Positions 60,601-64,000 of a stretch of 64,000 nucleotides of DNA are shown piece by piece. This DNA comes from Mobula hypostoma. Taxonomy: Eukaryota. The notes beneath the pieces were generated by a model. The model did not search any database. It saw only the letters and a program-made list of their open reading frames with translations, and was not told where the DNA came from. Both the position numbers and the translations under genes were made by a program. The stretch covers positions 11,036,001-11,100,000 of the forward strand of contig NC_086097.1 of the NCBI RefSeq assembly GCF_963921235.1, given 5' to 3'. Each line of letters opens with the position of its first letter. Position 1 is the stretch's first letter.

Positions 60601-61734
60601 CCATAAAACTTGGCATAGGAATCCAGAGATTATTTCTCTCAGGAAGAGATTAGCCTGCCATTAGATTCAGGATCTGTCAAACAGCTCCAGATCTCTACAT
60701 CTGGTAGTGGAATTCCAGAACAATTTGCTATTTAAATCCTCCTGTTTAGAGTACCTGGCCATTGACTTCAGACGCTTTGTGCTTGCTTCAAGTCACCACC
60801 TCTGACTATTGAGACCTGACAAGCATTTGCAACATTCCTACAAAAACCTCTCCCAGGAATGTTTCTATCGGAATCTCAACATAAGGTAAGCAATTGTGTT
60901 CCCTGGACATAATTTGTCTCCATCCCATCACAGACAATCCATCACCCTTCCTCATCTCGACAACGTAAAGTACATTTGATTTCCCCTGATGATGAAAGGT
61001 CGTGAGGTGAGGCAAGTAGAGTCGAGTCAGAATTAATGCGGAGCCCAGGCCTGAGGGTGAGGAAAGACCCGAGGTTTAATCCATTTAATTGCCAAGCTGA
61101 ATTGGAAAGTTTAGGTACGGGCTGAATCAGTGCAGTGGGGTTCAGGCCTGAAAATGTGACAAATCGGCAAGTGTGTGAAGGGTCCAAGAGTGGTGGATGA
61201 CCCGAGGTTTGAGTGATTCAGATTAAAAAGATCTGGGTGTTGGAGCTAAAGACAAGGGACGGGCCAGTTCAGCTTGGTGCTCCAAGAAGTTTACTCATCT
61301 CTGCGCTGAACTAAGGCTGTGGCCTGCAACTAATGGGCTTTTGAATTGGCTGTGGACTCACTCTCATGAACTTCAGTTCTGGAGCTATTTGCTTACTTCT
61401 ATTGTTTGCACAATTTGTTGTTTTTTTCTGCACATTGGGTGTTTAAATGGGTTCTGCTGGGTTTCGTTGTTTTGTGGCTCCCTGTAAGGAGACAAATCTC
61501 AAGGTTGTATAAAGTATTCATATTGCGATAAAGAATGTACTTTGAACTTTGAACATTGACCTGAACATTAAACATTCACTCTGATATTTTCTATCCACGG
61601 ATGCCATCTGATTTGTAACCCTCTTCACGAGAACCATGTCTGTTCCTCATGGCCCATTTACAGAGGAAGAAGGAGTATTATTTTTATGCCCAAACATACT
61701 CCAGTCCAGGGCTATCTTTTGTCTGCTTCTTCAT

Positions 61735-62125
61735 TGTGGAGGGGTTTTCAATGTTCAATTCCATTCACAACCCTTCAGCAGCTGAACTAGCCCATGCCTG
61801 CATGCAACCGGACCTAGACAGCATTCAGGCATGGACTGAAAAGATCAAATAACTTTTATGGCAGGCAATGATCATCTACAATAGGAGACGGCCTAACCAC
61901 CTACAATTAACATTCAATGACATTTCCAATGTCAGGTTCCTCGCCATCAACATTTTATTAACCAGGAGCCAAATGGACTAGCCACGTGACTACAAGAACG
62001 GATCCGAGGCTGGGGATCATGTGGTAGGTGGCTCTTCGTGGCACTCCATTCTTTCTGTATTCCACAGGTGCAAGACATAGGCATCTTGGGATATCTTCCA
62101 ATTGCCCAAATGCAAAGCATCAACT
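61735..62125 (+). mobile_element. Decayed fragment of the 9.3-kb LINE family
   Basis: GACCTAGACAGCATTCAGGCATGG..GGCAATGATCATCT..CATTCAATG colinear with 13870-14150; matching 3' UTR remnant at ~63740-63865. Confidence 0.6.
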
Positions 62126-62130
62126 ATGGG

Positions 62131-63140
62131 TCATCATCATCATCAGGTGCCGTGCCCAGTTTGAGCTTTGACTGCCATGGCCCACACACTCCTGTTTCGG
62201 GTCAAGTGGATCAAATCATTGATATTCATTTCCAGTTCTCTGGCTGCTGTCTCCATCATCATTTGTCTTTGTCTTCCTTTTGCTTTCTTCCCTTCAATCT
62301 TTCCCATAATTACCGTGCATTCTAACTTCTCGTTCCTAATCACATGTCCAATGAAGTTACGTTGCCTTTTCATGATCTCATACATTATTTCTCTCTTTGT
62401 GCTTGCTCTGTTCATGACATCCTCGTTAGATATTCATTTCGTCCATGATATTCTTTACGTCTTCCTCAAAAACCACATCTCTGCTGCTTCGATGTGTATC
62501 CTCATGTTACTAGATATTGTCCAACATTCTGATCCATATAACATAACTGGATAAACGTAACATTTCAGTACTCTGAGGTCAGTTGTCATGCCTAGCTTAG
62601 TATTGGTCAGTATACTCTCCATATAACCATATAACCATATAACTATTACAGCACGGAAACAGGCCATCTCAGCCCTTCTAGTCCATTCCGAACTGTTACT
62701 CTCACCTAGTCCCACCGACCTGCACTCGGCCCATAACCCTCCATTCCTTTCCTGTCCATATATCTATCCAATTTAACTTTAAATGACAACATCAACACCT
62801 CGTAAAGGTGTCTTTTGCCATCCCTATTCTTTTGATGCCCATGTCGCACCTGCCATCTGATGTCACCCAGCTTCCTAAGTAGCAAAAGTTCTGTACTTGT
62901 TTTATGTCTTCCCTATTTATTTTCAAACTGCAGATAGGATTCTCCTTCTTTTTGGATATCACCATACATTCTGTCTTTTTGCAATTGATAGATAGACCCA
63001 TTTTTGCACTTTCTTCAACAACTGTATCAATTAAGTTTTGTAGTTCTTCCTCCGTACTTGCAATTAACACAGTGTCATCCGCATAGCTGAAATTATTGAT
63101 GTTTTCACTGCCAACTTTGATTCCCAAGATGTCTCTTATT
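62131..63140 (-). mobile_element. RTE (BovB-like clade) LINE 3' portion, interrupted by a CR1 tail (62619-62798)
   Basis: SYADDTVLIA, FCYLGS, LYGSECWT, EMWFLR, FIGHVIR..GKIEGK..GRQR; (TGA)n tail. Confidence 0.9.
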
Positions 63141-63389
63141 TTATTTTGGGTGCATCTCCAAACTTCACTGCAGTTACTAGTTATAGAATCATAGTGCACT
63201 ACTCTACAGCCCATCTAGTCCATGCTGAACTGTTATTCTGCCTAGTTTTTATTTGACTCATTCCTGGACCATAGATGTCCATGCCCTTCCTTTCCATGTA
63301 CTTGCCCAAATTTCTCTTCAGTGCTCCAATCAATGCAGATTAATTCTGACAGTACATCCCAAGTACATAACCTCCACCACCAAGATGTT

Positions 63390-63682
63390 CGGGCACCACG
63401 GTCGCGTAGCAGTTAGCCCGACGCCATTACAGCTTAGGGTGCCAGAGTCTGGAGTTCAATTCCTGCGCTCTCTGTAAGGAGTTAGTATGTCCTACCCGTG
63501 GAATGCATGGGTTTTCCCCGGATGCTCCGGTTTCCTCCCGCAGTCCAGAGACTGGATAGGTTAATTTGTCATTGTAAATTGTCCCATGATGGGATTAATG
63601 TTAAATCAGGGTTGTCGAGGATTACTGAGCAGTGTGGGTCGAAGGGCCAGAGGGCCTGTTCCACGCTGTAGTGATAAATAAG
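63390..63682 (+). mobile_element. HE1-like V-SINE, full length
   Basis: tRNA-like head with GAGTTCAATTCC B box, V-domain, CR1-type tail GGGCCAGAGGGCCTGTTCCACGCTGTA. Confidence 0.82.
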
Positions 63683-64000
63683 ATGGACAAAGGGTATTGG
63701 ACACTAGAGGGCACTGTCATTTTCAGGTTCTTCTGGAACTGGAAGCAATCCTGACCTGGAATTACATTGCTGGTTCTATATCCACCAGAAGAGGACCTTT
63801 AGCAGGCACACAAAGGTTTCAGAATGAGGTTCACCACCACTAAATAGGGATGGACAATAAATAGAATTTAAAAGTGAACATATCTCTGTCCCCTGTGAAT
63901 GTACAGCTAGACACCTAACTCATTGACCTCTGAGACTTGCGGATTTTATGAGATTGGAGATCATTTGAATTATTTAGAAATTGCATTGATTTAGTTCTTT

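Overview
Eukaryotic, non-coding, repeat-saturated DNA. It is most likely from an elasmobranch (ray or shark), inferred from HE1-type V-SINEs and HER1/CR1-type LINE tails. I found no host gene exon, RNA gene or CRISPR array, and the short ORFs in the track are almost all read-throughs of repeats. The window is a stack of nested, mostly decayed mobile elements. Retroelements: many CR1 LINEs (one near-complete ORF2 at 6.1-9.26 kb; one with zinc-finger/esterase ORF1 at 22.5 kb), a CR1-group LINE headed by a tRNA-like A/B-box promoter (9.3-14.6 kb), two R4/Dong-type LINEs, Rex1/Babar, L2 and RTE LINEs, two Penelope-like families (Neptune- and Poseidon-type), a rearranged Gypsy LTR element and several SINE families. 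DNA transposons: Tc1 DD34E, a second Tc1-like family, mariner, pogo-like, hAT-Charlie and Chapaev3-like. The most notable observations are: (1) minimal type-I hammerhead ribozyme motifs in both Penelope families, including two intact, same-strand sister copies bracketing about 1.29 kb in a retrozyme-like geometry; (2) a recurrent three-TIR/fold-back architecture in unrelated Tc1/mariner MITEs, one of which has copied its own flank in inverted orientation; (3) a Dong-type fragment inside a (TAA)n tract; (4) a non-tRNA SINE-like family with a sharply defined 5' end; (5) a Gypsy remnant with inverted LTRs. Family names come from motif recognition only; no database search was run, and boundaries are approximate unless TSDs or TIRs are quoted.
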